Shown here one piece after another: positions 19,532-20,000 of a DNA stretch of 20,000 nt. The DNA is taken from NCBI GenBank assembly GCA_013265495.1, contig MU061544.1:122377-142376 (forward strand), read 5' to 3'. Made by a program: the position numbers and the translations under genes. The notes beneath the pieces are model-generated. The model saw only the letters and a program-made list of their open reading frames with translations, had not been told where the DNA came from and searched no databases. Source of the stretch: Vicugna vicugna. Lineage: Eukaryota. Positions within the stretch are counted from its first letter, which is position 1. Each line of letters opens with the position of its first letter.

Positions 19532-20000
19532 AGCGGACGGAGAAGATGGCAGAGTAGAAGGACGCTCGTAAGTCACCGTCTCCCACAAATACACCAAGAC
19601 CCACATCTACAGACCCACTCAGCCAACCAGAGCACCTGCGGAACTCCGACAGAACATCACCCTCTTCAAAAGATAAAGACACCAAAAATCTGGTAGGAGA
19701 AAAGGAAAAAAGAAAGAACAAAAGGCAAAGCAGTGCAGGACGGGTCCCGCGGGGAGGGAGCGGCAAAGGAGGACTGGCGCTCGCTCGCTGGGTCTCCCCT
19801 CTCCAACTGAGAGGCCAGCGGGACGGAGGGGGAGCCTCCGAGGCTCGGATCTGTACAGAGCAGCCCTTGTCTGACAGAACTAAGTTAAACAGGCACAGAG
19901 CGTCCCCCCGACACCCAGCCTGAGACGCGGGCCGGCAGCGGCGGGCAGGGCCAGGCTGCACAAGCCGGGCGGAGGACGGGGGCGGCTGCACGGAGGCAGC
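19532..20000 (+). mobile_element. 5'UTR (internal promoter, CpG island) of a young, probably full-length L1 continuing beyond the window
   Basis: Abrupt switch to GC-rich sequence. YY1-type start motif aagatggc at 19543-19550. About 30 CpGs in about 470 bp by hand count, against CpG-depleted flanks. Preceded by the A-rich putative TSD agaaattaaaacaaat. Confidence 0.88.

Noticed and set aside
19532..20000. CpG-island promoter of a host gene
   Set aside because: It starts abruptly inside a DNA transposon after an A-rich target and opens with the L1 aagatggc motif, so an L1 5'UTR explains it better.
1..20000. CRISPR array, operon or other prokaryote-type system
   Set aside because: There is no regularly spaced repeat array or gene-dense organisation. 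The sequence is mammalian repeat-rich DNA.

Overview
AT-rich, CpG-poor mammalian genomic DNA, intergenic or intronic. It is most likely from a camelid, judged from a tRNA-derived SINE (4823-4981) and young L1 3' ends that resemble alpaca/camel repeats as I recall them. I recognise no protein-coding gene. The supplied ORFs are chance frames or decayed L1/SINE translations. About half the window is interspersed repeats: old and young L1 fragments, MIR, L2, hAT-Charlie, MER20, MaLR/ERVL LTRs, a solo ERV LTR, and the CpG-rich 5'UTR of a young L1 running off the right edge. The most informative structures are a Charlie4-type transposon with a near-identical 8-bp TSD and two nested L1 insertions (one 5'UTR-only, one tiny twin-primed inversion), a probable L1-insertion-mediated deletion, a TCF/LEF motif cluster, and a few candidate splice-bounded exons. 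I found no convincing novel biological system. Repeat family names come from recalled consensus sequences, not a database search, and boundaries of old repeats are approximate.
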